35,059 nucleotides of DNA from Nemertoderma westbladi (lineage: Eukaryota; Animalia; Xenacoelomorpha). Positions within the stretch are counted from its first letter, which is position 1. Each line of letters starts with the position of its first letter. This document shows positions 1 to 11,120 of this stretch, piece by piece. Below the pieces are notes generated by a model, which was not told the origin of the DNA, made no database searches, and was given only the letters and a program-made list of their open reading frames with translations. A program made the translations under genes and the position numbers. The stretch covers positions 1-35,059 of the forward strand of contig JAUCBJ010000636.1 in NCBI GenBank assembly GCA_032718475.1, written 5' to 3'.

Positions 1-308
1 GAACTAATTAAAAACTATAATAGAATGGCGTATGTGGATTACATCTGTATAATTTTTAAGTATAATTATTTAAATCTTATACTGTAAAACAATTAATTTC
101 CTTTAAAAGGCAGGTTGAAAATGGTGTTTTTACAGTAATAACTTAATTAACTAATTAACTGCTATTATCTTAGCTTCTCGAAGGCCACACGGAAATTCTA
201 CTTGGAAAATTTCTAAACTTTTGCCAAACAACATGTGTACCAAGTTTGGATAGATTTCATCAAAGATTGGCCGAGTTATTAACGTTTAAAATTGAACGCG
301 ACAGAACG

Positions 309-423
309 ACAGGTTGATTAATGGTACCACTACGCTAAGGCTCACTCACTTCGTGGCTCGCCCCACAGGTTGATTAATGGTACCACTACGCTAAGGCTCA
401 CTCACTTCGTGGCTCGCCCCACA
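309..423 (+). repeat. 56-bp direct tandem duplication (2 copies), probably the duplicated end of a non-autonomous Helentron/HINE-like element
   Basis: ACAGGTTGATTAATGGTACCACTACGCTAAGGCTCACTCACTTCGTGGCTCGCCCC starts at 309 and again at 365. The upstream TGTGTACCAAGTTTGG...GAGTTAT (~234-279) resembles the core of invertebrate HINE/DINE-like repeats (recalled similarity; family call is tentative). Confidence 0.7.
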
Positions 424-631
424 TAGATGGAAGGATGTGTATGTAAGGGAGCCAGTTGCTGGGAATGATTTGGTCAAGTCTCTGCTGGTGTGGAGCTAGC
501 TGGCTGGGAGTTGTGGTTGTAGACTAACAAGAGAGCAACTGTAATAGGCAACCAGTATTGCTATTCCAGCCCAGACAGCATTCTTTAAATCCACTATTGA
601 CTCTACTATAAATGTTGTGTTGCTCTCAGGT

Positions 632-3170
632 AGGAATTGGAATTGGAATTATTTATTTGACAAACGAAGTAAAGTATAGACATACCGACATATAAGTAGA
701 TATAAACACAACCATTAAGAAAATTATATACTGTATGGTAAGGCAGAGTGCAAATTACGTACATAAATTAAATTAGATACAATTATTTTATTTCGGTTTG
801 TAGTTCAAATTAAACAATTATATAATTCTGTCAGGCTAAAAACGTGTTTCGGTTAGGCAAGTGTATAAAAGTTAAAAAAAAAAGAGGTGATAAATTCAGA
901 AATATACCGAAAAATTAAGAAGGTTAAGGTGACGCACCATATTTGGGAATGCAAAAATAATTAAAAATTATAATATATTTTATACAGTATAGAGCAGTAA
1001 TTGCACGGCAGAGTAGAGTAAATAGTTCTGAATCGTCATAGTGTAAGCTTTGTTTGTCCAGGATTACCCTGAGAGACATAGTCTCATTTCCACAGGGGTC
1101 CTGTAGATTGGGGTTTAGAATAAAAGGTATAAGGTCGTGCTCTCGTGCAGGATAAAAATTCTAAAATAATGTATAAATCAAAAATATAAAACATTTACTA
1201 TTAAATAAAAATTCTAAAAATGGATCTTCAATCTTTTGTTTGAGTTAATGTGGAAAGTCAAATGATATAAAATATAAAATATAGATGGTAAAAAGTTTTA
1301 AGTTACTTATATGACGACAATTCATTGGTGGATAAAAGTTCTAAAAAGTGATCCTTTAACTTATGCTTAAAACTTTCCACACTCCTAATTTCTTTGATCG
1401 CATTGGGGAGTTTATTCCACAGATATGGGCCAAGGTAGGAGAACGACTGTGTGGCTGCTACCGTGTGTTTCTGGGGTAGTAAAGCGTGTGCGGCTCCGTT
1501 GCGTAGGAGGTGAGAAGGTTCAGTAAAGATAACCATGTCGCGCATATAAGCCGGGGCTGTCTTTGCGTGGATATTAAACATGTGGGTTAATATTATCTGG
1601 TGGGTACGTTCGGTAATTGGAAGCCAGTTTATATCTACAAAATGGGCAGCACCAATATGCGCTCGAGAGTCAAGTCCCAGGCAGAACCTGATGCACTTGC
1701 GTTGGAGTGCATCGACTTGATTACGTAGACGACTCGCAGCACTCGGATACCAGCAAGGGGCTGAAAAGTCTATAAGCGGCTGTATCAGTGAGTTGCAAAG
1801 CAACCGACGCAGGGGTTTGTCAAGGACTTGCGAATTCCGATAAAGGAATTTGAGACATGCGTTTCCCCTGCGTATAATTTTATGTGCGGACTCCGATCCG
1901 GATAAGGTTGGATCCATCACGTATCCCAAGTACTTTATGGTATCTGTTGGTTCGAGTAGTTTATTTTTGTAGTAGACTTCGAGGCTTCCGGCTGATGCAA
2001 TGCATTGGTGCGTTCCAAAAAGGAAGACCTCGAATTTCCCAGGGTGTATACTGAGGCGATTATCAACTGCCCAATCAGCTACGCGCGACAGAGTTTCAGT
2101 AAGGCATGCAGAAATTTCTTCGCAGTTGTCTCCGGCTTTGATGAGGTTGGTATCGTCAGCATACTTCAGTGCAGTGGCGGATTCGTGGCAGGCAGTTTTG
2201 GCTGGGCTGGCATTATTGACGTCGTTAGTCTGGGATGCTGTTTTCAACAAGGATTTGACAGGAGGCAAGGCAAGGTCTAAATCGTTCATATAGATCAGGA
2301 ATAAGAGGACAGCAAGTAGGGCTCCTTGAGGAGTACCGCAGTCAATTCCAAGAGTTCTAGAACGAGAGTTTCCTACCTGGACAAACTGGGATCTGCCAGA
2401 TAGGTATGATCGGAACCAGTTAACGCTATGTTCATCCAGGCCAATACACCTCAACTTGTGAAGCAGAATTTTGTGGTCGACCGTGTCGAACGCTTTTTGG
2501 AGGTCAATGGCAACCATCCCGACTATTTTCCCAGAATCCATAGCATCGCGGATGATATTGTCCAGATACATTAAGCAGGTTTGCACCGAGTGACCAGGTC
2601 GAAAGCCGGATTGTAGTAAATCTAGTATGTTGTTAGATATTAAATAGGGCATAAGTTGATCGAACACAGTTTTTTCTAAAACTTTTGACATGATGACTAA
2701 TAATGATATGGGGCGGAAGTTTGTGTCATGGGTTAGTATTCCTTTCTTAAATGCTGGTGCAACTTTGGCAACCTTGTATGGGTCAGGGAACACGGCTGAT
2801 TTTATTGATAAGTTCACAATATGAGTTAAGTAGTTTTCAATAATTGGGCATCCATCCTTTATAATTCTTGGACTAATAGAATCAGGCCCACTACTCTTGT
2901 GGATGTCGAGGCTCATAATGATTTTATTGATGTCTGAAAGATCTACGGGTTTCAAGGTGAAACTGCCTGGTTGGATTCCTTTTGCAGCATAGAACTCTTT
3001 AACAGCTACTCCATTGTAAATATTTGGTTGTGGTGGTAGTTTGTCTACAAGGTTTTTGGCAGCGTTGGTAAAATAATGGTTCATATGATTTGCAATAACT
3101 TCAGGATCGGTAGCCAGGGAACCATCCTCAGTTTTGATGGCTGCTATTCTGGTCGAGATTTTGGCTTTGA
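632..3170 (-). mobile_element. 5'-truncated non-LTR retrotransposon, CR1/L2 group (Crack/Daphne-like)
   Basis: RT ORF lacking the endonuclease, then a ~670-bp 3' UTR containing GGACCCCTGTGGAAATGAGA...CAGGGTAATCCTGG (~1057-1101). It ends in AAATAAATAA plus an (ATTCCA)n microsatellite tail at 632-658. The 5' boundary is approximate. Confidence 0.85.
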
Positions 3171-3198
3171 CAGATATAATAACATAAATAGAATCCAT
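1303..3198 (-). CDS. LINE ORF2 fragment: reverse transcriptase and C-terminal domain, no APE endonuclease
   Basis: Motifs KSSGPDSI, NFRPISLL, QSGFR, IDLQKAFDTVDH, GTPQGALL, KYADD, KYLG; C-terminal FSYLGPYLWNKLP...SFKHKLK typical of CR1/L2. No stops in 631 aa. The first ~10 codons probably come from flanking DNA. Confidence 0.92.
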   Translation of the reverse strand: MDSIYVIISVKAKISTRIAAIKTEDGSLATDPEVIANHMNHYFTNAAKNLVDKLPPQPNIYNGVAVKEFYAAKGIQPGSFTLKPVDLSDINKIIMSLDIHKSSGPDSISPRIIKDGCPIIENYLTHIVNLSIKSAVFPDPYKVAKVAPAFKKGILTHDTNFRPISLLVIMSKVLEKTVFDQLMPYLISNNILDLLQSGFRPGHSVQTCLMYLDNIIRDAMDSGKIVGMVAIDLQKAFDTVDHKILLHKLRCIGLDEHSVNWFRSYLSGRSQFVQVGNSRSRTLGIDCGTPQGALLAVLLFLIYMNDLDLALPPVKSLLKTASQTNDVNNASPAKTACHESATALKYADDTNLIKAGDNCEEISACLTETLSRVADWAVDNRLSIHPGKFEVFLFGTHQCIASAGSLEVYYKNKLLEPTDTIKYLGYVMDPTLSGSESAHKIIRRGNACLKFLYRNSQVLDKPLRRLLCNSLIQPLIDFSAPCWYPSAASRLRNQVDALQRKCIRFCLGLDSRAHIGAAHFVDINWLPITERTHQIILTHMFNIHAKTAPAYMRDMVIFTEPSHLLRNGAAHALLPQKHTVAATQSFSYLGPYLWNKLPNAIKEIRSVESFKHKLKDHFLELLSTNELSSYK

Positions 3199-3510
3199 GG
3201 CATGGCTGTTGTGTAGGCTTATATATGAAATAGTTTATTCCACAATGTATTTGTCTGGTTATTTTTTAATTGAATTTTTGTAAAGTAGTAAAATTAATGT
3301 TCTTAAAAATAATTTTATTATTTTATATGTAACCAAGGAAATTAGCTACAATTTTTCGCTGCAGCTTTAAGAGTGTACATTGTTTTAATATTATTTCAAT
3401 ACCCATATTACTACATCGGCATACGATGCGTTGGCGTTGTATCACACATCTCCACATAGATGTATCAGCAGTTACTCGCACAGTTTCGAAACTTCGCATA
3501 GTTATAACTG

Positions 3511-3950
3511 TATAAAGGTCGTCAGTCTGCGTTTAGGAAAAATATTATATGACAACACAGGACGAGCGACGAGCGCAACGAGGCATATAATGAAGACGAG
3601 TACTGCGTAGACTATATTCCTATAAACCATACCTGGCTGCGCCTATTGAACGCATTGGTAGTTATAAAGATCGTCAGTCTGCGTTTAGAGAATATATTTA
3701 AATACAAAACAGGACGAGCACAACGAGGCCTATAAAGAAGACGAGTACTGCGTTGACTATATTATTATATAAACCCTGGCTTCACACATTGATCGCATCC
3801 CTAGTTATTATTATTATAAAGATCGTCCTAGCCTGCGTTTAAGAAATATATTTAAATTCAAAACAGGACGAACGCAACGAGTCTTATAATGAAAACGAGT
3901 ACTGCGTTTATTATATTCCTATAAACCACCTGGCTTCGCATATTGAACGT
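3511..3950 (+). repeat. Diverged tandem repeat, ~152-bp unit x ~3
   Basis: TATAAAG(G/A)TCGTC...CTGCGTTTA...ACAGGACGA...GAGTACTGCGT...CCTGGCT recurs at ~3511, ~3664 and ~3815. Confidence 0.85.
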
Positions 3951-4053
3951 GCGATTGGAAATAAGTTCGTGCTACCCTTCCGTGGGTGGTAGATGTCGCG
4001 GTTATGTATTGGTGGGTGGGAAGGGGGGGGGGGGGGGGGGGGCCCTTCCCTTC

Positions 4054-5670
4054 GGAACAGGAAAGCCTCGGCTATGCCTCGGCTAGTTCCTGTTCCTCGG
4101 GTTAAAATAACCGGAAAAATAACAAAATATCAGGGTAATAAATGTGTTGTTACCAACTAATCTCGGAAAAAATAACCAACTACATCATGTTTATATCAAG
4201 AAGCCACTATTAATTTACAATATACCAAACCCATCCAGATACCCTAGATTTCTAAAAGGGTTTTGTTTGGGGGTAGAAATATAAAAATGGGGCTTGGAAA
4301 TTTTGGGGGTAGACACTAATTACAAATTAATAAATAACACGAGCGGCCAAGGCATAAAATAAATAAATAACATGAGCGGGCCTAAGCCTAACAATTTCCC
4401 CGTGGCGGGTAAACTGGAATAAAGTAAAACAGACAAATAAATATAATAGATTAAATAATAAAGTAATATAAAATAAATGATGGACAATACTAAAATTTAT
4501 TTCCATTCCACAGTAAGTATAGGTAACACGATGATAGTGATGGGAGTCTACTCGGGACAGCTGAGAGCGTTACATCGTGTGGAATTGGGTGAGACACAAT
4601 GTAGACAGAACCATTCGTGTGAGAATAGGTGAATGTAGGCTTACCATACTGTATACGATGTACAAATTTAACTTAAGAATAAACTTACGTATTACAGTAT
4701 ATGAGAAAGAAGTAGAACATTTTGTTTCTCAATATTCTCTCAACCCTTTATTAACATCGCTGAAGCTCGGTAAATAAAATGCCTCGAGAATAATGAAAAG
4801 AAAGTTCTAATTTTTTTCCCATGTAATGAATAATTATTTATTCTTAAATTGTTACTTTTTCGCCCGAATTTAGACCAAAATCTGGAGAAAACATTTAACT
4901 TTTTTTTCCTGGCGAAAAAAGTTAAATATAATATTTTTGGTGGAATTTCTTAAATTGTATTACCGTTGTACCGGTACCGTAGTTCTACAGCATTGTGCAT
5001 GTGCAGTATGTAAACCTACGTTATTTACAACTGATAGGTACAAGTCTGTCTGTCTGGTATGTTCGTCTTTACAGTAGAATCGTAGAAACTGTTGAGAATG
5101 GCATTCCTGCCATGATCAGGATGCTGCTGTCCATAATTGTCAAATACCGAAAGTAAAAGATCTCTGAGTAGGCTGAGTTGAGTGTGCAATCTGAACTTGT
5201 AGTGTAGGCCTACCAGTACTGCATTTCCCGTTTAGTTTGCCAGTACCGGTACATTAAATTATTGCCCAATATGCTCTGTTCTGTAGGCGTACCGGTCAGG
5301 TAGGTTTTATAGTTGCAAGGCAGTGATGTGATTGAGACCTTAAAGGAAGCTGTGGTACCACCACCGGTACTGTACGATGCATGCAGTCAGTATACCTACA
5401 ATCTGAACTGAAAACATACCATAGGCCTACGATAGTCTTATTCTTATAACTTTCACTTTCACTCATGTTAGTGAAGGTAACCGGTACCGTAAGCTAACTA
5501 CTGTATTCACAACACGGCAAACAGGCATAAATATAATTTCAACATGCAGATTGCAGATACAAACGTTAAAAAATAAATGTGTTATTTTTTCCTAGGACTA
5601 AAATAACACTATTTTTAGATAGGTTATCATTGCGATTGTGTTATTTTTTCCGGGATTGGTTGGTAACAAC
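4054..5670. mobile_element. Putative non-autonomous DNA element marked by a hairpin and a 31-bp inverted repeat pair
   Basis: Hairpin GGAACAGGAA..GCCTCGGCTATGCCTCGGCT..TTCCTGTTCC at 4054-4096. Positions 4146-4176 are the reverse complement of 5640-5670 with 2 mismatches. No ORF. Confidence 0.4.
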
Positions 5671-6240
5671 TATTATTAATTAATTATTTTTTTACCTCAA
5701 AACTGCTCTTTTCAACAACCTAATAATATGAGTAAATATATATAAAGATAAGATATATAAATATAAGTAAATAATAGAGATATTTATGACTCTCTGTATA
5801 AAACATTTTTATCAGTTTGTCGATTTTGTCTTTTTTCATCACTAAATTCCCTGCTACTCTTTTATTTTTTACTCAATTGCCATCAAACATATACCAAAAT
5901 CTTCAGCAGCTTTAGGACTACTATCGTTGGTTTTGTAAAACATGGCAGTTTGGATCTTCTAGAACAGGTTTTGTAACTGCTACCCTTTGTCTATTACAAA
6001 ATATTTGATTCCCAAAATATAGCCCGGAAATACTAAAACCCCCATAAATTTTCCAAAAGCAATAATTTTGTGCTAAAATTTTCATAGAAAATAGCCTACA
6101 TATCTAGGTCCATTTTACAAAAGTCTTGGACCGAGAACTTCAATGCAGTACGACAGTTCCTTAAACATTAGCTAATTTACATATAAATGCCTCAAAATTT
6201 ATATATTAAAAAAAAAAAATCGAACTGCTCAAAAGTGCCA

Positions 6241-6400
6241 TACTTCCCCCCGGACACTTCCCTCCCAGACACTTCCCCCCCCGGACAGTTCCCCCCCACT
6301 CAAGTAGGACACTTCCCCCCCGGACACTTCCCCCCCCCAGACACCTCCCCCCCCCCCCCCCCCCCGGACAGCGGACACCCCCCCCCCCTCCCCCCCGACT
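6241..6400. repeat. C-rich (GGACACTTCCCCCC)n short-unit array; G4-prone on the minus strand
   Basis: About 9 degenerate GACACTTCCCC units separated by poly-C runs. Resembles the subterminal arrays of invertebrate DNA-transposon TIRs (tentative). Confidence 0.75.
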
Positions 6401-6826
6401 GTTCTTAATTTCGCACATTCGTATTTTTCCTTTTGTAAGGTAAACGGACCGCTTGTATCCAGACAAGTTGTATCCAATTTTCCTTTCTTAGCTCAGAAAG
6501 TGATCTTTTGTATCCCGATTTTACATTTTATATCCAAGTTTTATATATGGAATTTATCAATACATTGTATTGTTTGCTAATCTTTAAACAATTAATTATA
6601 TGACCTATAAATTCCATCCCCCAAATGATATACTGTTTTTATTAACTATAGAATTATAATAATTAATTGTTTTAATTATAGGTACAGTATTACTGTATTA
6701 TGTAATAGTCTTCTTCAAATTGTAGCAGATGGGGATGAATATTATTGTTGCAATCAAAATTATACCCCTCCAGGGTAACTTTGCTAATTAACTCTCAGAC
6801 TGACTTTGCAGACTGACTTTGCAAGC

Positions 6827-8054
6827 TGTTCGCGCTTTCAGACCTTTGGCAGTTTAACCCGCCAAATTAGGATGTCTTCTAGATAATAAATCGCTTTTAG
6901 CCTCTGACAAGTATTTGATTCACTACACTAGTTGAAACCAATCTGTGCGCGATCATTCACCCGTTGGATATACCCGGGAGATTGATTTCGACAGCTTAAT
7001 CGTATTGCTATGTAAGCCTAATGTATTATTCGACCGACAGTATTATATAATCTCTGACAATATTATTCACCTTCGGGAAATATTAACAGTTCCTTTAGGA
7101 CGTGGCGCTCTATCTATATAAACAGAGCTATGACTTAAACTACACGCAACGATATGGCTTAGTTACAATTCACATATATGGCGCATTCTTTAGGAAATGC
7201 TTCGTTATCAGTCTCACTCATACACAATGCTGCACAATACTGCACACTGATCTGCCGATCTTCACTGATTTTAGTCACATATAAAAGGAACACGGACCGA
7301 CTCATGTAGGGTCTATCAAATAACATTAGATTCACTTCAAACCACTTTAACATAAGTCACAATCGTTATATGTAACCTTTCTCTCTTACCTTCGGTATAT
7401 CAAGAATATTGGGTTTTCGGGGTTATTTCTCGTTATTCCAATATAATATTTATCACCATATAATGAATAATCGACAGTAAATAGCAGTATAACAATATAA
7501 AGGTATGTACAACAAGATATATGCATTGCCCAGTTGAGTTAGGTTAGTAGGTAAGTATTGAGTTGCACAGTGATTCAGTGATAACGGATATATGTCCTTA
7601 TAATTAAGCCTACTAGTGTTAGGCTAAAAGCAGAACAGCACAAAATATTCCAAAGCCGTTCTTCCTGGCTCAGGACAGAATGATAACACTGCCCATAAAG
7701 CATTGCGTGATTTCTAGGAAATTTCTGTACAAGAACAGTAAAAACGCTCTGATTGGTTGACTGAACTGAGAGATGCCGTAGAACAAAGAAAATCGACACG
7801 TATGAATATCAGCTGTTAACCGTCGTCATAGTAACTACTGTTCAAGAGTATCTCGCCTCTTTTGCGTCACGGAATTGCCATAGAATCATCAACTATGCCT
7901 TCCACAGTACACATACGGAAGAAATAGCTCTTAGATCCTCTAAAAACACCGATACAGCAATAATACGGCCTCTTACGCCTATTAAACCAACTACAGAGTA
8001 TTTTACGGGAAAAATAAGGAAAAATAACCGGGCAATTCAGCAAAAGCTTTTACA
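6827..8054 (-). repeat. 3' LTR (1228 bp)
   Basis: TGTTCGC...TTTTACA; direct repeat of 17650-18879. By eye, 5 substitutions and one 2-bp indel. Confidence 0.95.
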
Positions 8055-8062
8055 CCGCTCCC
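8055..8062 (-). promoter_or_regulatory. Polypurine tract (plus-strand priming site)
   Basis: Minus strand GGGAGCGG immediately precedes TGTAAAAGC of the 3' LTR; a short G-rich PPT is typical of BEL/Pao. Confidence 0.7.
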
Positions 8063-8697
8063 AGAAAATGGGATTTTCAGTCTATAAAATATAAAAATCA
8101 CAGTTTCTAAAACATAAAGATACTCTAAACAGTTACTGTAGTTTTCTTTGCGCAGACGGCGTTTACGCAGTTTCCCGAGGCTAGCCAGAGTCCTTTTCTC
8201 TTTGGGGCGAGCCACTTTACTAGGGAGGCTATAAATCCTGGGTAAAGGGTGCAATACAATTGCATTAGAAGGTTTGGGTTTACGGTCGGTATCTCGTCCA
8301 TTTCGATATGCTTCTCCTCAAGCTGATTTTCCTCCGCTTGTCATGGGATACGTTCGTCCAAAACTCTCGCAGAGAATAGGGTTTTCTAAGCTTGATATCT
8401 TCTTAGAGATTCGAGATTTCCCAATCGAACTGAGATAAGGCCAATTCGTTTATCGATTGGACTTACTGTTATAACTTACGTTTATCTGAACAAACGCAGG
8501 TCTCTTTTTTGATCTTTATAGAATAGCGTTTAACTCGTTTCGTACAACGCTCTCCTTCACCTTGATGAAGGGTTGTATCGCGTTAAACGGGAACGACCAT
8601 ACGGTTGGATAGTGATATTAGGTGTCCGCGTCACAATCCGGCTAAGTAAGATGGGCGGCTAGCTAGAAATCACTGTCGGAGTGTTACCGATTAATTG

Positions 8698-9448
8698 TTA
8701 GGGTAGCACTAGATCTTTGAACAGTGAATACAGTCCGCGAGGATCCGCGACACCACCAGGATCGCAGGTCTGAGGTCCAACTAAGGAATGAGGAGGTTTG
8801 ACCGAGTATTCCGGGACTCTGATCGTAGGTTTACTCCAGGATCGTTCGAGCCGAGTGAGCATAGGTGATACGTCAAACAAGTTTCGCTCGAAACTCCAGT
8901 AAATATAACGAGCACAACTGGTGTTTAACACAACGTTTCCGTGGATGTTTATGTCTTTCCGTTTATTGGCTGGGTCTAGGGCATTTATCGTAATAATACC
9001 AAAGACGCACGTCTGGTAGGTGAAACGCGGCTGATATTTATTTGTTGTTACAATGCTTCTATCAAGAATTCCAAATATATGTTGGAGTTACCGCGTTTAT
9101 TTGTTTCTTTAATGTCTTTTCTTTCGAGTCGATTTCGAATAGGATTTTCGCATTAGAATTTTGGTTTATCGTTTCGACTCCTCTGGGTAGGATATGTTCG
9201 ACATAGTCCGTATCGTGTAAATCGATAGAATGGCCAATGGTTAAGAAGTCCATATACATACCATTACAATGCGTGTAGCGAGCGGTGAATTTTCCATAGT
9301 CCAATTCACGCGTAAGTTACTTCCAGGAAATCGTAGGTTCGATATAACGACCATCATCCTTCGTAGTAGTTGGACTAGTATCACCGCGTATCAAGCTATC
9401 AACAAACGCTTGAAAGTAGAGTATATTGCTCCCTGATACCAAGACCAT
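8698..9448 (-). pseudogene. Decayed accessory ORF of unknown function in the env position of the BEL element
   Basis: ATG at 9448 opens MVLVSGSNILYFQAFVDSLIRGD...SWK*LTRELDYGKF... in frame with ORF 9062-9304. A frameshift near ~9075 leads into GILDRSIVTTNKYQPRF...VLNTSCARYIYW...DLVLP* (ORF 8698-8931). About 250 codons with 1 internal stop and 1 frameshift. Confidence 0.5.
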
Positions 9449-10299
9449 CTTCTATCAACTCCGTCATATCTGCTATATATGAGTTTATTAATATTATAAT
9501 GAGTTTATATTTAGGCTAGCGAGCGTCGCTGCCTACCCCAATCAGCCCCCGGACAGTGCGAGATCCTCAGCGCCGATGTGTCGTCGCCGCTGTACTTTCG
9601 CCAACGACGTAGCCGCACAACGACAACGACAACCGGCACAAGTCACTCGACTGTCCGTCCCAAAGGCTTAGATACACCTCAGGTTCTTACTGGAGAGTTA
9701 GGGTTACTTTCACAATTGCGACTCGCTACTGTAAACACACCTTAGTAGTAACATTCGCCTATAAACTCACAAATACCACACACACAACTTGTCACAAATT
9801 ACACACACTCGGGCCATTTGTCCGTTAGTCAATGCCTTCCAGAATGTCACTGTATTATTATGTATCCTTGGATACTAGCAGTGCGCTATTTATTCCCTAT
9901 GCTATTCAATGGGACAAGCTTTCTATTGTTCTTTTAACTCAATTCTAATTCTAGCGTGGTTGTTGCTATGGTGACATTATGCAAAGCTAGCGGTAGAATT
10001 AGGGTAATTCCAATGCATACAGATCTGGGATGTTATTTAATAGTAATTCTTTAATGGTCAATGTCCTGTTTTATACATGACTTTATGAATTTTATCGGCT
10101 ATTGACTATGTTTGGGAGACTTTCGCACACTCATACGCATAATAAGATAAATCTCCGCTCCCTTGATCTATTAATTAATGGAATTTTGGGAATGTTATAA
10201 ATTGCGTAAAAATGGCAATTTATTAAATTCATTAAAAGGCATGAATTTAAATTTATTCCCTGAAATTTTATTATTTGATAATTAAATTGACATATTTTG

Positions 10300-10580
10300 A
10301 TTCTAGAACATGTCTGGGGACACAAGATCCTTAATTCTATGACAATCGTCTTTTTAAGAATATCGGTAAATGCTACGATATCTTAATTGACTAGAATTGT
10401 TGAAGGATCTGAATTTTACAGATTTTGATTTATTAGATTTGCAAATATTAAATAATTAATATTTGAGATGGGCACCGATTTATTCCAGAACTTGTCTGGG
10501 GACGTTAACCACTGATTCTAGAATTTGTCTTTCAAGTATATCGGTGGGTGCCGCGATATCTTAATCGACTAGAATTACAG
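10300..10580 (+). repeat. Diverged ~180-bp-period duplication in the BEL 3' internal region
   Basis: TTCTAGAACATGTCTGGGGAC...TATCGGT...CGATATCTTAATTGACTAGAATT at ~10301-10398 recurs at ~10483-10577. Confidence 0.7.
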
Positions 10581-11120
10581 ATGGTCAAAGGGTTTAACAG
10601 ATTTATTTTGCGTTATACGCTACTGTTAAAGGGACATCACGCTACTATATGTATTATTTAATATACGGTATGAGAGCAATATCGCACGAAGCAATGTCAG
10701 TGTGAAGAGGCAAGTCGTTTCCAAGGTCTACCCAGAGCTTGGTTTAGCCGAGACACGAGGATCTGAACTTTGCATTCCTAATACTCTGCCTACCAATAAT
10801 ACTTGAATATAGTAGTGGCTTTATTGTACTTTAATAAGTACGGACATTTCATCTTACTGTAGTTACGTATTTATAATATAACACGGACAGTAAGGAAAGA
10901 GAAAAATACTTGTTTCTCACCGTCACACTAAATATAATATAAGTAATTACGTACGCAATAAACACGAATATATTGCACTATTCTACTAAATAATCGCTAA
11001 ATAATATTCTACTAAATTAAATAAAACGATTATAATAAAATTACATAGTAATACATACAGAAATATAAAAATAATAAAATAATATAAAATAATAGAGTCA
11101 CACACCCACTCCATATGTTG

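Noticed and set aside
1303-3198. Domesticated stand-alone RT gene
   Set aside because: The LINE 3' UTR, microsatellite tail and 5' truncation explain it as a young insertion; the ATG is likely fortuitous.
4022-4042. Poly-G run (also poly-C at ~28717-28741) as a regulatory G4
   Set aside because: Simple homopolymers of uncertain assembled length, with no supporting context.
6187-6477. Pro/Gly-rich ORFs
   Set aside because: Translation artefacts of the C-rich repeat.
7102-7799. Short ORFs repeated at 17925-18624
   Set aside because: Incidental frames within the LTRs with no recognisable motifs; one is altered by the 2-bp indel.
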